This document shows positions 1-14,100 of a DNA stretch of 64,000 nt, piece after piece. Location of the stretch: positions 38,701,733 to 38,765,732 of the forward strand of contig NC_057719.1 of the NCBI RefSeq assembly GCF_004010195.1. Direction: 5' to 3'. Position 1 is the first letter of the stretch; each line of letters opens with the position of its first letter. The translations under genes were made by a program, and so were the position numbers. The notes below the pieces were generated by a model. The model was not told where the DNA came from. It saw only the letters and a list, made by a program, of their open reading frames with translations, and did no database searches. The stretch comes from Chiloscyllium plagiosum. Lineage: Eukaryota.

Positions 1-182
1 CCCCCCCCCTCCTCTAGCTTATCTCTCCACGCTTCAGGCTCTCTGCCTTTATTCCTGATGAAGGGCTTTTGCCCGAAACGTCGATTTTGCCTGTCCTCGG
101 ATGCTGCCTGAATTGCTGTGCTCTTCCAGCACCACTGATCCAGAATCTGGTTTCCAGCATCTGCAGTCATTGTTTTTACCTC
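1..182 (+). mobile_element. Penelope-like element 3' terminal region (family A), cut by window start
   Basis: Near-identical to the arms at 15651-15905 and related to 49450-49706; contains a hammerhead core CTGATGA..GAAAC. No ORF here, so the PLE assignment rests on the hammerhead plus inverted-terminus architecture shared with the GIY-YIG-linked family at 3005-3548. Confidence 0.7.
51..86 (+). ncRNA. Minimal type-I hammerhead ribozyme motif
   Basis: attc-CTGATGA(55-61)-a-GGGC tttt GCCC-GAAA(75-78)-C-GTC-gatt. Stem III is only the ACGT palindrome (dimer type), the triplet is GUC, and stem I is weak. Confidence 0.7.
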
Positions 183-204
183 CCAAACATTATAGGTCTT
201 GTAT

Positions 205-2150
205 AGGTTTGCCTTACCAAAACGCAATACCTCGTATTTATCTAAATTGAACTCCATCTGCCACTCCTTGGCCACTTGTCCCACCTGATCAAGGTCCCAT
301 TGTCCTCTGAGATGATCTTCTTCACTATCCACTATACCAGCAATTTTGGTGCAATCTGCAAACCTACTAACCATATCTCCTATATCCACATCCAAATCAT
401 TTATATAAGTGACTAAATGCAATTAGCCAAGCACCAAACCATGCAGCATACCACTGGTCACAGGCCTCCAGTATGAAAAACAACCCTGTACCACTACTCT
501 CTGTTGCCTACCTTCAAGCCAATCTTGTATCGAATTGTAGGAGCAAATTACTGCCTGGCTAGCTCCCTCAGATTCCATGTGTTCTAACCTTACTAAGCGG
601 TCTACCATGTGGAACCTTGTCGAAAGCCTTGCTGAACTCCATATAGACACTGCCTTCATCAATCTTCATTGCCACCTCTTCAAAAAACTCAGTCAACTTA
701 GTGAGACATGCTATCCCTTGTACAAATCCATGTTGACTATCCCCGATCAGTCCTTATCTTTCCGAATACAGGTAAATCCTGTCCCTCAGGATTCCCCCCA
801 ACAACTTATCCACCACAGATGTCAGGCTCACGGGTCTGTCATTCCCCGGCTTTCCTTATCACCTTTCTTAAGTATAATGGCATCACAATAGCCATTATCC
901 AGTTGTCCGGCACCTCACCTGTAGCTATTGATGATACAAATATCTCAGCAAGGGGCCCAGCAATCACTTCTCTAGCTTCCCACAAAGTTCTAAGAAACAC
1001 CTGGTCAGGTCCTGGGGATATATCCACTTTTATGCATTTTAAGGCCTCCAGCACCACCTCCTCTTGTAATATGAACTCTTTTCAAGACATCACTATTATT
1101 TCCTCAAGTTCACTAGCTTCTACATGCTTCTCCACAGTAAATACTGATGCAAAATATTTGTTTACTTTCTCATCCAACTCCTGTGGTTCCACACATAGGT
1201 GGCTTGCTGATCTTTAAGAGGCCCCATTCTCTCCCTAGTTACTCTTTTGCCCTTAATGTATTTGCAGAATCTCTTTGGATTCTCCTAATCTTATTTGCCA
1301 AAGCTATCTCATATCCTGTTCTTGCCCTCCTGGTTTCCCTTTTAAGTACACTCCTATTACCGTTATACTCCTTTCAGGATTCACTTGATCCCAGCTGTCT
1401 ATATGCTTCCTTCGTTTTCTTGACAGAGTCTGCATTTCTCTCACCTTCCAGCATTCCCAACACTTCCCAGCCTTGCCCTTCACTCTAACTTGAACATACT
1501 GTTTCTGGACTCTTGTCATCTCACGTTTGAAGGCCTCCTACTTTCCAACTATCCCTTTACCTGCAAAATGCCCCTCCCAATCAACTTTTGAATGTTCATG
1601 CCTAATATGGCAACATTGGCCTTTCTCCAATTTAGAATGTTAACTTTTTGATCAATTCTATCCTGTTCCATAACTAATAGATTTAGATCACTTGCCCCAA
1701 AGTGTTCCCCCACCTCTGCCACTTGCCCTGCCTTATTTCCCAAAAGAAGGTCAAGTTTGCCTCTTCTGTAGTAGGTACATCCACATATTGAATACGAAAC
1801 TTTTCTTCTACACGTATAACAAATTCTTCCCTTAACACTACAATAGATCCAATCTATGTTTGGCAAGTTAAAATCCCCAAACATTACAACCTTATTATTA
1901 TTACAGATGTCTGAAATCTCCTGACATATTTGTTTCTCAATTTCCTGCTGACTATTGGGGTCAATCCCAATACGATGATCAACCCTTTCGTATTTCTCAG
2001 TTCCACCCATATAACTTCAGTAGACATTCTCCCAGGAATATCATTCCTAAGTACAATCTGACTTGTTATCCTTTACCAAACATCCCCCTCCTGTCTTGCC
2101 CCATTTCTCTATTTCCTATAGAACATTAAGCTACCAGTCCTGCCCCTCCC
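205..2150 (-). mobile_element. CR1-type LINE ORF2 fragment (APE endonuclease to RT), decayed
   Basis: Minus-strand peptides VVMFGDFNLPNIDW, LDLLLGNKAGQV, SPGPDQVFLRTLWEAREVIAGPLAEIF, WLEGRQQRVVVQGCFSYWRPVTSG. It appears to resume at about 3549-3685 beyond the PLE insertions. Confidence 0.9.
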
Positions 2151-2270
2151 TGAATATTCTTGATGAAGGGCCTATGCCCGAAACGTCGATTCTCCAGCTC
2201 CTTTGCTGCTGCCTGACCAGCTGTGCTTTTCCAGTGCCACACTTTTTGACTCTGATCTCCAGCAATTACA
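2151..2270 (+). mobile_element. PLE family A 3' end fragment with mutated hammerhead core
   Basis: TTGATGAagggcctatgcccGAAACGTC followed by the same downstream sequence as 15388-15503. Confidence 0.7.
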
Positions 2271-2279
2271 GTTATAACT

Positions 2280-3548
2280 GCTGTTATAAGTCCTAGTGGT
2301 CGCAGTAGTCTGGCTGTCATTTCAGAGATGTTCTTGATGTATGGTAGTGTGGCTAGTCATTTGGGTTGCGGCATGTTCTCGTTCTGTTGTCTTTCCCTTA
2401 GGCATCTGTTGATGAAATTGCGAGGATATCTGTTTTTTGCGAATACCTTGTACAGGTGTTCCTCTTCCTCTTTTTGCAGTTCTGGTGTGCTGCAGTGTGT
2501 TGTGGCCCTTTTGAATAGTGTCTTGATGCAACTTCGTTTGTGTGTATTGGGGTGGTTGCTTTCATAGTTCAGGACTTGGTCTGTGTGTGTGGCTTTCCTG
2601 TGTACCTTAGTGGTGAATTCTCCGTTTGGTGTTCTCTGTACCCTCACGTCTAGGAATGGGAGTTGGTTGTCCTTTTCTGTTATGACTGTTCAGCAGGTTG
2701 GCTATGGTTTCTCTGGCTAGGGCTTTGTCAATAGACGTGAACAGTGCTGTTACGTCGAATGAGACCATGGTTTCTTCCTTGTCTATGTGCTTCTGCGGTG
2801 ATTCCTCCGGCATTTATAGTGGCGTGTCCCTACCGCTTCCGGTTGTGAGTTTCAGCTGTCCGCTGTAGTGGCCGGTATATTGGGTCCAGGTCTGTGTGTT
2901 TGTTGATGGAGTTTGTGGATGAGTGCCATGCTTCTAGGAATTCCTTGGCTGTTCTTTGTTTCGCTTGCCCTGTAATGGTAGTGTTGTCCCAGTCAAATTC
3001 ATTGTCTCACCAAAACGAAGGACCCGATACCCAGCATGAGCAAAACTAATGTAGTGTACAAAATCCCATGCAAGGACTGCACAAAACATTATATAGGACA
3101 AACAGGAAGACAGCTAACGATCCGCATCCACGAACATCAACTAGCCACGAAATAACACGACCAGCTATCCCTAGTAGCTAGACACGCAGACGACAAGCAA
3201 CATGAATTTGACTGGGACAACACTACCATTATAGGGCAAGTGAAACAAAGAACAGCCAGGGAATTCCTAGAAGCATGGCACTCATCCACAAACTCCATCA
3301 ACAAACACATAGACCTGGACCCAATATACCGGCCACTACAGCGGACAGCTGAAACTGACAACCGGAAGCGGCAGGGACAGGCCACTATAAATGCTGGAGG
3401 AAACACCACAGAAGCGCTTCACAGGAGGCTCCCAAGCACTGACGCTGTCACCTAGACTGGGGACGAAACGTTTGCAACAAAAACTTCCAGCTCGGCGAAC
3501 AGAACCACAGCAACGAGCACCCGAGCTGCAAATCTTCTCACAAACTTT
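2280..3548. mobile_element. Rearranged Penelope-like element (family B): RT fragments on minus strand, GIY-YIG endonuclease and 3' end on plus strand
   Basis: Minus strand: MVSFDVTALFTSI, LPFLDV, VHRKATHTDQVLNYESNHP, LPYIKNISE. Plus strand 3005-3455: NVVYKIPCKDCTKHYIGQTGRQLTIRIHEH...REFLEAWHS (GIY-YIG, one in-frame stop). Degenerate hammerhead at about 3437-3476. Confidence 0.93.
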
Positions 3549-3685
3549 GGCTCTTCTTTATTATACCAGCTTCAGACTTACCTCTTTTCTCACTATCTCT
3601 TTGTATCCCACCCTCTAATTAGTTTAAAGGCTCCCGAGGAACACGAGCAAATCTCCCCGCCAGGATATTGGTTCCCTTCCAATTC

Positions 3686-4010
3686 CTTCAGTCCAACCAG
3701 TCCATGTTGACCATAATCCCAAACTAAGCTAGTCCCACCTGCCTATGCTTGGCACATGTCCCTCCAAATACTTCTTATTAAGTACTTCTCTAAAAGTCTT
3801 TTCAAACATTGCAACCATGCCAAGATTCACCAGTTCCTCTGGAAGTTCATTCCAGACGTGAACCGCAGTGTATCTTTCTCCTCTCACCTTAAAAATATGC
3901 CCCCAATCTGAAATTCCCGCATCCTAGGGAAAAGACCTTTGCTGTTCATCTTATCTATACCCCAGTAAATTTATAAACCTGTATAAGGTCACCCCTCAGT
4001 CTCCTAAATT
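3686..4010 (-). mobile_element. CR1-type LINE 3' fragment
   Basis: Similar to the 3' ends at 17748-18496 and 34866-35600 (aggtcacccctcag = LRGDL on the minus strand). Confidence 0.75.
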
Positions 4011-6119
4011 TCCTATATTGTTTCTGCAGAACCTTGTGCTTTTCTCTACCACAGGAATCAGCCATGTGGAATTTTTAATTTTTTTCAATGTTGTAGAGAG
4101 CTCCTTTATTTTGGGGTGCTTTCACAGGCTCCGCATGTCTCAGAGGAGCTACTTCCAGATGTTGCTGTGGATCCTCCTACTTGGCCTTCTGTTTCCATGC
4201 TCTGTTTACTGACCTTAACTGGCTCAGGCTCCCAGAGGCAGCTTCTTAATTGGCTGCCTCCAGGAAGATCACAGCTGTAATCCTGACCCAGAATTAAGAT
4301 TGACTTTGGAATCATCCTCCAACTGGAAACATTCAGTCCATGAGGTCCATTTCACACTCCCCACAGATATACCAGACCTGCTGAATATTTAGGAGAAAGT
4401 GAGGACTGCAGATGCTGGAGATCAGAGCTGAAAATGTGTCGCTGGAAACTATATACTTGACTTTATGCTTTTAGTTCTGCTCATTTATATCTAAAAAAAA
4501 TTTCCAAACTGGGTCTATTAAAACAGACCTTAAACTCTGATTTGTAACTTTACATCCAAACCATAGGCTAGTATGCTATTTGTATGTTTACAGAGCCAGC
4601 TGAAAAATTGCATTAGCCAGGCCATGAGCATCAATTGGATAAGATAATCTTCACTTTCCCTAATTTCCAACTTGTAGCTTATATTTCTTAAACAAGATAC
4701 AAGTGCAATGGTTATAAATTGTCTAATTAATATATCTATTTTTACTTGCTGATTTCCTGTGACATTGCCTTGAGTATATGCAGTCTGAGCTGCATTTGTG
4801 ACACTTAGGTCTCATTCTAAGGTTGGGAGGGGAACTCAGTACTGGCCCAGGGAGCAGGGTAGAAAAGCTTAAAGTCAGTAGTCTTCAAAAGAAAACTGTT
4901 AGAGTTTTCGTTCATCGATCACTCCAATTTATAACAAACGCAAGTAACTCAAGAAATGTAGTATAAATGTTTAGTCAGTATAATGACACATAAGTCATAC
5001 ATAACCTTCATTAAGGATTCCACCTAGAATAATCCAAAAGGTGCCCCACCAGGCTAATTGCTGACTGTTGGTGTCTTAATAACCCTGACCTCTCATCTTG
5101 ATGAGAATACAGCAACTTATAATAGATTTTTTAATCTTAGGATTGATATTCAATCAGTCGGTATTATCTGGTGAGAAAAATAATGCCTGAAATTGGAGTA
5201 AAATTCAGAACTGCTGGAGAACAAGAGATCTGGCAGCATTGGTGATGAAAGAAAGAAAGCTAACATCCAATGACTGTTCTTCAGAACAAGTGTTACTTAT
5301 AATTGTCAGGAAGGTTGCTCATTCTTGGTACTATCCATTTGTAAGTCACACTACCATTTTGTACACAATTCTAGGAAATGCCATGCACATGACATGGATC
5401 CAGTTTTGGGAATAGTCGTTCCCAAATGTGGCATGCAGGAAATGACACTGGGGAGTTCGAAGATTTGTAATCTATTATCCAGTTGGATCTCAGAAGAAAA
5501 AGTGATGAAAATTACATACTGCAAATATTTAGGAGAGTTTTTCTGTGCATCTAATCTATCCTGTACTCAACTTGAGAATGGCTGCAGACAATACAAATGT
5601 ACAAGCATTTTCCACTTTGTAGAACTGACAAATGCAAAGAAGATTTCCTATAAAGCTTTCTATTTCACTTGCATTTTGTAAATCACACATACTTAAGTTT
5701 TCTCTCTGGGCATAAGTTAGCTGGATTGCAATTTGTTTTGAAAATTGACAATCAAGGGAGGTTGAGCTACTGGTGCCTGAGGGTAGAATAATCACCTAAA
5801 TAAATTCATGAAGCAATTATTATACGCTTAAGTTAGGGTGGTCTCTATTGTATCTGCAGTGTCTACCTTTGATTGTTTTCTGCACACTATGATTTTTTGG
5901 AATGACTAATTCATTGACCATGAGAACTCGATCTGTTCACTTTAATTGCAGTTTCAGTAACTTTCTATTTCAGTCATCAGCTTTGTTTCAAAACCAGCAA
6001 AGAGGAACCAGCAAAATAAACACAATATAATATATACATGCATAGGCAGTGAGATGCAAGTCTACAGTTCTTCTGGTCCCATTGTAGTCTGGGCAAGAAA
6101 GTTATAGAAAGGTCAGACA

Positions 6120-7185
6120 TTAGGCTATTTTAATAAGATAACTGCCCATGATTTTGAAGACAGTATATTAGCATGGATAGAGGATTTGATAACTAGTTGG
6201 GAATTGGGGGGTATTTTCAGGATGGTAATCTGTAAAGAGTAATCAATCGGATGAAGAAAGTGAATATACTGTAGCCCAGTTTGCAAATGACATAGCAAAG
6301 GAGGGAAGGCAAGTGGCGAGGATGATACATAAAGTTTGTAGAGGGATATAGATAGGCTAAATGAGTGAGTAAAATCTTGTCAAATACAATATAATGTGGG
6401 GAAATGTAAGCTTCTGCACTTTGACAGGAAGAATAGAGGAGCTGAACATTATTTAAATGGAGACAGTTTGCAGAAATCTACAGAACTGAGGGATTTGGTA
6501 GTCTTCCGTCCATGACTCACAAAAAGCTAGCATCCAAGTTCAGTGGGTAATAGGGAAGGCAATTAGAATGCTGGTCTTTATTTCAAAGGAAATAGAAAGT
6601 TAAAATAGGGTGGTTTTGCTAAAATTGTACAAATTACTAGTCAGACTGCATCTGGAATATTTTGAACTGTTGGGTTCTTTATCCAAGGAAAGCTATACTG
6701 GCATTGGCACTGTCCAAAGGAGGTTCACCAGACTGATCCCAGATATGGAGGGACTGCCTTATGAGGAGAGTTTGAGAAGATTGGGCCAGTATTTATTGGA
6801 ATATAGAAAAATGGGAGGCAACATCATTGAAACATACAAAATTCTTGACAGAGTAGATTCCGAAAGATGGTTTTGCCTTGTGGGAGAGTTTAGGATCAGA
6901 GGATATTAAAGAATAAGGGATTACACATTCAGGAGATGAAGAAGAATTTCTTCTCTCAGACAATTGTGAATTTTCAGCATCCTTTACCACAGAGAGCTGT
7001 TGAGGTTTGGTCATTAAACATATTCAAGGTTGAAGTAGAGAGATTTATAATCAGTAAGGGAATCAAGAGCTATCGGGAAAAGATAGGAAAAAGGAGTTGA
7101 GGACTATCAGATCAGCTATGACCTTATTGAATGGTGGAACAGGCTTGAGGGACTGAATGGACTACTGCTCCTATGTTTTATAGTC
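6120..7185 (+). mobile_element. CR1-type LINE 3' fragment, old
   Basis: LYKLLVRLHLEY, VQRRFTRLIPDMEGLPYEESLRRLG, IETYKIL; 3' UTR resembles 51900-52000 and 53800-53899. Confidence 0.85.
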
Positions 7186-7349
7186 ATACAGGGATTTGAT
7201 AGAGCCATAATGAGATATTGAAAGGATATGATGTCAATTTATGAAGGTGAGGCAAAAAAAATCTATCTGAAAGGAAACATTTGAACAGAAAAGCCAGTCA
7301 GGTTATCTCAGTGTCATTTCAGGAAGGGGTCACAACATCTCCTTGGAAC

Positions 7350-7750
7350 TCACTAAGAACAATACTGCACAGGAAATATCCTTTGGCCCTCCAAGCCCCA
7401 CCAACACACTTTTCCCTTCCATATTAAAACAGGATCCATATCCCTCTATTCCCTTCATATTCATGTATTTGTCCAGGTGATTCCTGAATGCTGCTGTTGT
7501 GTCTGCTTCCACCACCTCCTCTGCCAGCACATTCCAGGCACTCACCACCCTTTGTGTGAAAAACTTGCTTCACACATCTCTTTTAAACTCATCCCCTCCC
7601 CACATTGAACTTGTGTCTCCTAGTAATTGACCCCTCCACTCTGGAAAAAAGCCTCATACTTTCCATTCTATCCATGCCATTCATAATCTTATAAACTTCT
7701 AGCAGGTCGCCCTCAACCTCCATGTTCCAGTGAAAACAAACCAAGTTCCA
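7350..7750 (-). mobile_element. CR1-type LINE 3' fragment
   Basis: EGDLLEVYKIMNGMDR, WNVLAEEVVEADT. Confidence 0.8.
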
Positions 7751-10700
7751 CTCTAATTTATATCCTGTGAGACTACACAGGTACCCAAACATGATCCTAG
7801 CAGAAACGAAGGGCTTTGCCTGACCCTGTCAACTTTACCAATGTTAATAGTGTCGGCATTGGGTGGGCAGGTCCAAATGCTATAATTGTGATGGTCCTAT
7901 GAGAGACTTTCTCCCACTGCCTTCTTTTGTCCTCAGTCACATGAATACCTTTAACCACATTATTTCAACCTCGTTCACCAAACTTCTCAGCACAGAGAAC
8001 TGACTCAAAGAACGGGCTTGATCTTTCATAACCCTGTGGTTTCAGCATGCTCTGTTTTCTAACACATACCCCCTTGTTGCTTTGACTTTGGCCAATCATT
8101 CCCACCTCCCATCCCGACTGTGGGATACCTCACTGCTTATCCACCTTCCTGTCTGATTTCAAAAGTTGATTCATTTTTATTTTTAAGCCATCTTCTAACA
8201 TATTTCCTGTTCTAATCTCCTGCAGAGGTAAAAACCTCTAAGAAATCTGTGCTTGATGAGTGCCTTAAATGTAACTCATTATTGACTTCAATGTATTAAA
8301 CTCATATTGCGAAGCTGCATTATTCATGTTTGTGAGTGTTCTTTGTATTTCACTAATGTATTGCTCTGTGAGCTAGTATAATCCAGCATGCTAAATTCTA
8401 GTAAGATTATAATATATTACATGTAATTTCTATCATTTGCAAATTATAGCTGAATGATAGAAAAAAGGTCACTATGTATGAAAATATAAAGAATGTAGAT
8501 CCACAAAGTAAGTTTTTTTTAACTGTAGAAGAATGGGAAGAAAAACTGTACAAACGTTCACCAGAAAGTCATGAAGTATACTATACAAGATAAAGTTGGA
8601 CAATAAATTACTGAAACTAAACAAAAGGATCATGGTTTCATATAAGAATAATCAATGAAAGACTCTGACTCCTCTGCAGTCATTAATGTAGGTAATGACA
8701 TTTGGAGTGCTGATGTTTCAAACAGGCATTTGTATCTTGACTTTCACAAGTTTGATATTTTTAATTATTGTAAGGCAACTATATAGAGTTCTAAGTATTG
8801 AATTATGAGTAATATGTTTCAATAATAAACTACTTTTTCTGTTTTTCTCAAATTTCAAAAAAACTGTGATCAGCGAACTGCTACAAGCCAATAGGATTCA
8901 ATTGACGCCGGTTCCAGTTGAAAACTAGGGTCAGTAATCATTTGTTGACTGTAAAATTGTTGGTGCTTGAAAGGCAAATAATTTGTTTGTATTCTCAGAG
9001 GCAAGCGCTCCTTCTTCATGTTTGATTTTTGTTCACTTTTACTGTTGATGAATACAAGTGACTGGTTTAAAGCATCTGAAGGCTTTACTGTTTGTGATGG
9101 GCCAACATTGAGAAGTTATAGGATGCTGGATTAAGCTGGGCATTGGGAAAGGGGTAGCAGTGACTTAGACAGGGTTGTAAGATGGGATCTGGTTAAGTAC
9201 AGGTAAGCTGTGGGGCCTGGTGCTCAAATAGTGATAGACACAGGAATGTGCAGATGTCTGTGCAAGTAAGTGTCATTCTTACCACTTAGGTGTAGTAAGA
9301 AGCATTGATTTGTGGTTGTTGCTCCATTACAATGATGGTGAAGGGCAACTCTGGATTGTCAATGCCTGAACAGGTGCATGGCTGGGGTTCAAAGATGGTG
9401 CCAGTGCCCGGCATCTCAGGATATCCTGGCATTAGCGAGTATTTCTGCCTTTGCCAAATGGGTGAATCAGAGAAGCGGCATGCTATAGGGCATGGTTAAT
9501 GGAGGGAGTTTGTGACGATGGAGTGAGAAAACCTAAAGGCCTCTTGGAGAGAAATCCTCCATGAAACCCACAAAGATGGCACTTGTCTAATTTCTGGTAA
9601 GGTTCAGCTCAATGCTTTTCTCATTAAATCGAATACTTAAACTATATCTTCAGGAAATGAATCCAACTAATGAATAAAGTGCAGCACAGTCAGAGATGAA
9701 GTCCTGGTTGTTTAGTAATGAAAGGTGATTACAAACCTCAGGAAAATTCTGCTTCGACAAAAAAGCAGACCCAACAACAATAATTGGATATGGACAGATG
9801 GATGAGCACATCTGTAAGTTAGTAATTATTTTCTTTGATTTTCTGCTTATCAAAACTAGAAAGCCTGGCTGGTTGGAGAATATATTTAGCTCTAATTTAG
9901 GCCATTCTGGATATATCTGATAAAAAATACCCTTCATATTTAACCAAACACAGCACTTTCCATAAAATTCCTGAAAAGTATAAATCCTACTAAAAACAGA
10001 CAACATTTTTTGTACAAAAACATACACTAACATTGCCTACAATTCTAACTGGGTTAGATTGTTATGTTACTTGCTATTTGGTTGGCAGCCAATCATATAA
10101 AGCAAACAAATCTCTGGGCATAAATGGGATTTAGGTCAGAGAGATACTGAGATGCAGCGTTATGAAGTAGTAACTAGATACTGGGAAGCTACATTTATAA
10201 TGCATGCATTGGTATTAATGTGATTAGTGCACAGTAAGCATTGGATGGTAAAACATAATAGGTTTGTTGAAAGTATCAAAAAGAACCCTCGCATCCTGAC
10301 ATTCACATGAAAGAGTCCCGGGAAAGTTTAATAGTACTCTCTGCATCTTTCTGATTCAGTGACAGATTCCAATCTGCTTGCCAGAGAGTTGATCTGAACT
10401 TGAAGGCTAGTAGAGTCACTGAGAAGGAAATGAATAAGTGACAGGATTCAAATTCTGCTCCTGCAGTTACTCCTTGGTCAATTAACTACTTGGAGCAATT
10501 TAATCTGTAATTTAAACAGAAACAGAATGAATGAACACAATCAGCAAATATTTGTTCATCAGAACTGCCCAAAGTAACATTTATCAGTTATAAGTAACAG
10601 CTTTATAATTTATGCCAATGGTACTGGAAAATGGTTAGCACTTTTTTGCCTGATACAGGTGACTGCCCATTGTAAGAATAGATGGTGTAAGCAGTAGAGG

Positions 10701-11199
10701 CTGCTTTTAAATTGAAAGCAGGTAAATGTAGTATTGACAAGTACAGAGAAGGATAAAACAGATATAGGCCCAGCAATTTGATCTCAAGCTCATCCAAACA
10801 ATGGCACCAAATATCAAGAATAAACTATATTAATATTACGAGGAAGGTTCTCACAGGCTTTGATAGAAAATCAGTGGACACATCATGCTCGTGCAACCTG
10901 ATGAATGTTTATTAACAATTTACACTATGTTCAGAGGCATGAATTGAGAAGCATTTCACTAGGACTTACTTCCATCAGGTCCCAGTCCCATGTCATCTGA
11001 CATTATCTGATGTAAATGATGATGCGGAATAGCAATTAGCATACAGCTATTAATCCTATATAGTACACCTCCTCCAAAGTAGCCCTACCTCTTAAACTAT
11101 TTGTCTTACCATCATCCAGCTTCACCTCACCTGCCCAGTCACTGAAGCCGTCACCGAGTCAGAGATTGGGACTGTGATAATTTGACTAGTTGTTGTGAT

Positions 11200-14100
11200 T
11201 GTGAAGTCATCTCCTTTTTGAGGAGGCTGAGGATCCATGTCTTCTTGCAGAAGAGCATATGAACTATCTAGTAGGTTGGCCAGGCTGTCTTCCTCGTTGT
11301 CTGGGTAATTGGCCCAATCCTATAATTGGTGAATCCGTTTGTCTTGAAAACTCTTGAGCAGTGTGCACAAGGTAAGACCATGGATGAACTTCTTGGTTTA
11401 AAATGTGACTTTCTGATTCTGGTCATAGATCCACACTGACTAATCTGCTTGGAGTTCTGATGGGTACTGTGCTTTATGGTGGCAATTGCAGTTTATGGTC
11501 TGGTTAGCTTGGTAGTGGCCCCCTTTTACCTGGCTAAAGAGGATCTAAAAGAGCTAGGAGCAGTTTCTGTAATCTCCAGCCGATTAGGAGATCTGACGAA
11601 GTGAGACCATTCTATAATTGGGTAGACCAGTGATTGTACAGAGCAAACACAGGATCATCATTTCTCTTCAACAATGGTTTGATGGTGCCGACCCCTCCTT
11701 CAGCTTCCCTTTTGCACTCTGGATATCTGGGCAAACTAGTAATGCAGAGAAAAACTGTAGGTGAAGGATTTAAAGCAGCGTCATTGGCAAACTCCAGATA
11801 ACTGTCAGTGAGAACTAAATCAACATGTGTGTGTAGCAAGTACGTGAATAAGGATTGTGATAAACACCACCAAAGTGAGGCCATTTGATCTTGATCCACC
11901 AAGAGCAATAGTTATAATCCAGAACGTTTTCTCCTTGAATGTAAAAAAAGCTGGCAACAAAGATGTCATCAGTGAGTCCTCCTGGTCTTGCCTTCAGATG
12001 GCATAAGTAATACAACTGAAAATCTGTGTTTGATAGCTTTGAAGATTTGTGGGTACCAAACTGAACTGTGAGCCCTGGCCCAGAACTTGATTTTTCCCAG
12101 GTATCCCTGGTGCAATCATTGAAGTGTGTCTAGCCTGAAGGCTTTGGGAATGATGACTCTTTCATCATAGACTAACAAGGCATCCAGGAGGCTGAGGTGG
12201 TAACGCTACTCAAAGTAGCATTTCCGAATACAGTTCCCAGGAACATAGCAAAATAAAACCAAAAATACTGTGGATGATAGAAATAAAAAAAAATCAGAAT
12301 GCTTGGGAGAAACTCAGCAGGTATGGCATTATCCATCGTCAGAAAAACAGATGTTTTGAGTCTAATGTTTTAGGAACATATGTGTTTCCTGTAAAATAGA
12401 ACTCCAGTAGTTGTGTGCACATACCATTAGTCTTTTGGATGCTCAAATATCTTTAGCTTCAGGGTGACTGGTGATCAGAATCTGGTTGTTAAGGAAGCAT
12501 TTTGTCCTCAACAAAATGTATGTTGTTTTGTATAGGTTTCTGTGTGGGATTTTGGGACAAAGTATCTGCAGTGGATATATTCTGTCACACTGTCAAGGCC
12601 AGCTATTGTAGGCTGAACCGCTGCATTTTGAGTGGCCACTCTGCCAATTCTTCAGTATCAAGCAAGGGGACCAAAGACTTCTGGGCTGCCTGATTCGTAA
12701 TCTTGAACTGAAGGACATAGTTGGAGTTTTTTTTGCAACCCCATGTGACAGCTAAGGTCTATTTTGTAATAGCAGCATATTCCTTGTCAACATCTGTCAG
12801 TGCTCTCAAGGCATGATACACTGGCTGTGAGAACCATTGCAATACATTTGGAATATTATGGCACTCAGCTTGATGGATGTATGGCAGCTGTGATTATAGT
12901 GGGTAGTTCTGAGTTGTAGTGGCCAGGATTTCCTCTAAAGTGAGCATCTCCTTGATTCTGTCCATTGTTTTCTGTCTGTGTTCACCCCAGTACTTAGTTT
13001 GGTCCTGCTTAAGCAGCTGCTGTAGTGGCTTGCAATGTGTGCTGAATTGAGCAGGAGCTTCCCTAACTGATTGATCATGCCCATGAAATGTGGATACTCT
13101 GTAATGTTAAGAAACAGTGGGAAGTCTTTAATAGTGCTGGTTTTCTAGGGATTATTAGATGCATGAACAATATGACCTAAAACGATGATAAAAACTCACA
13201 TTTTTGGCTAAGTGCAAGGCCTGTGACTGCAAGCCATTCCCTCCCAAGTGTGTCCATGTTGTTAGATTTGTGAATAAGGATATCTGCTAAAATGCATTTT
13301 TAAAATATTCATTGGATATGGGCATCTCTGGCTGAGTCAGCTTTTATTACCTGTCCACAATAGCTCAGAGGGCAGTTAAGAGTCACCCGCATTGCCATGA
13401 ATCTGGAGTCATATGTGGGCCAGATTTCCTTCCATAAAGGGAATTCGTGGACCAGATGGGTTTTTACATCAGTGTTTTTACAATTATATGGTTAGCCTTA
13501 TCCCAGCAATCTTTTTCCCTTCTAGATTTTCTTATTGTTGAATTCAATCTGCCATGGTGTGATTTGAGCATTATTATTACACCAATGGCTTCCTTTTAAA
13601 ATCTCAGGTGCTGAGGCAATCCTGAATCATGGCCAGCTAAAACAATGATGCCAATGGGTGTGATCGCTGTTTGTAGTGATTTTATTTGCACGTCATACAG
13701 TCAGTACCACATGTCACAGTTGGCAACCAGCTTGGTAAAAATAAAACAGGCTTTTTAGCCAACTTGAAGAGGCTGTTATCCACAAATGCACGGTGAGGAT
13801 CTCCACTTCCACAGTCTAGTTCAACTGCATGAACACTACACAGAGGTGAGCTACAGGGTTTGGGTACACACTTGAGCATCAGTTGTGTTACTAATGATAT
13901 TACCCCTGGTGTAACATTCAATCTCTTGTATCACCTCTTTCAAGAGCAGGTACAGAACCTTTCTTGGAGTAAATAAATACAGGGTCTTGATATCTAGCCT
14001 TAATGTAACATGTTAAGCTGTTCTCAGCTTTCCCAGAATTGTGATGCTTTGGAAATTCTAAATTGAATTTTTCTGTTCATCCAATTTGCTTAGCTCCTCC

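Noticed and set aside
9654..9813. Candidate exon (cttcag ... gtaagt)
   Set aside because: Stops in all three frames and no recognisable protein similarity; cannot be supported without transcripts.
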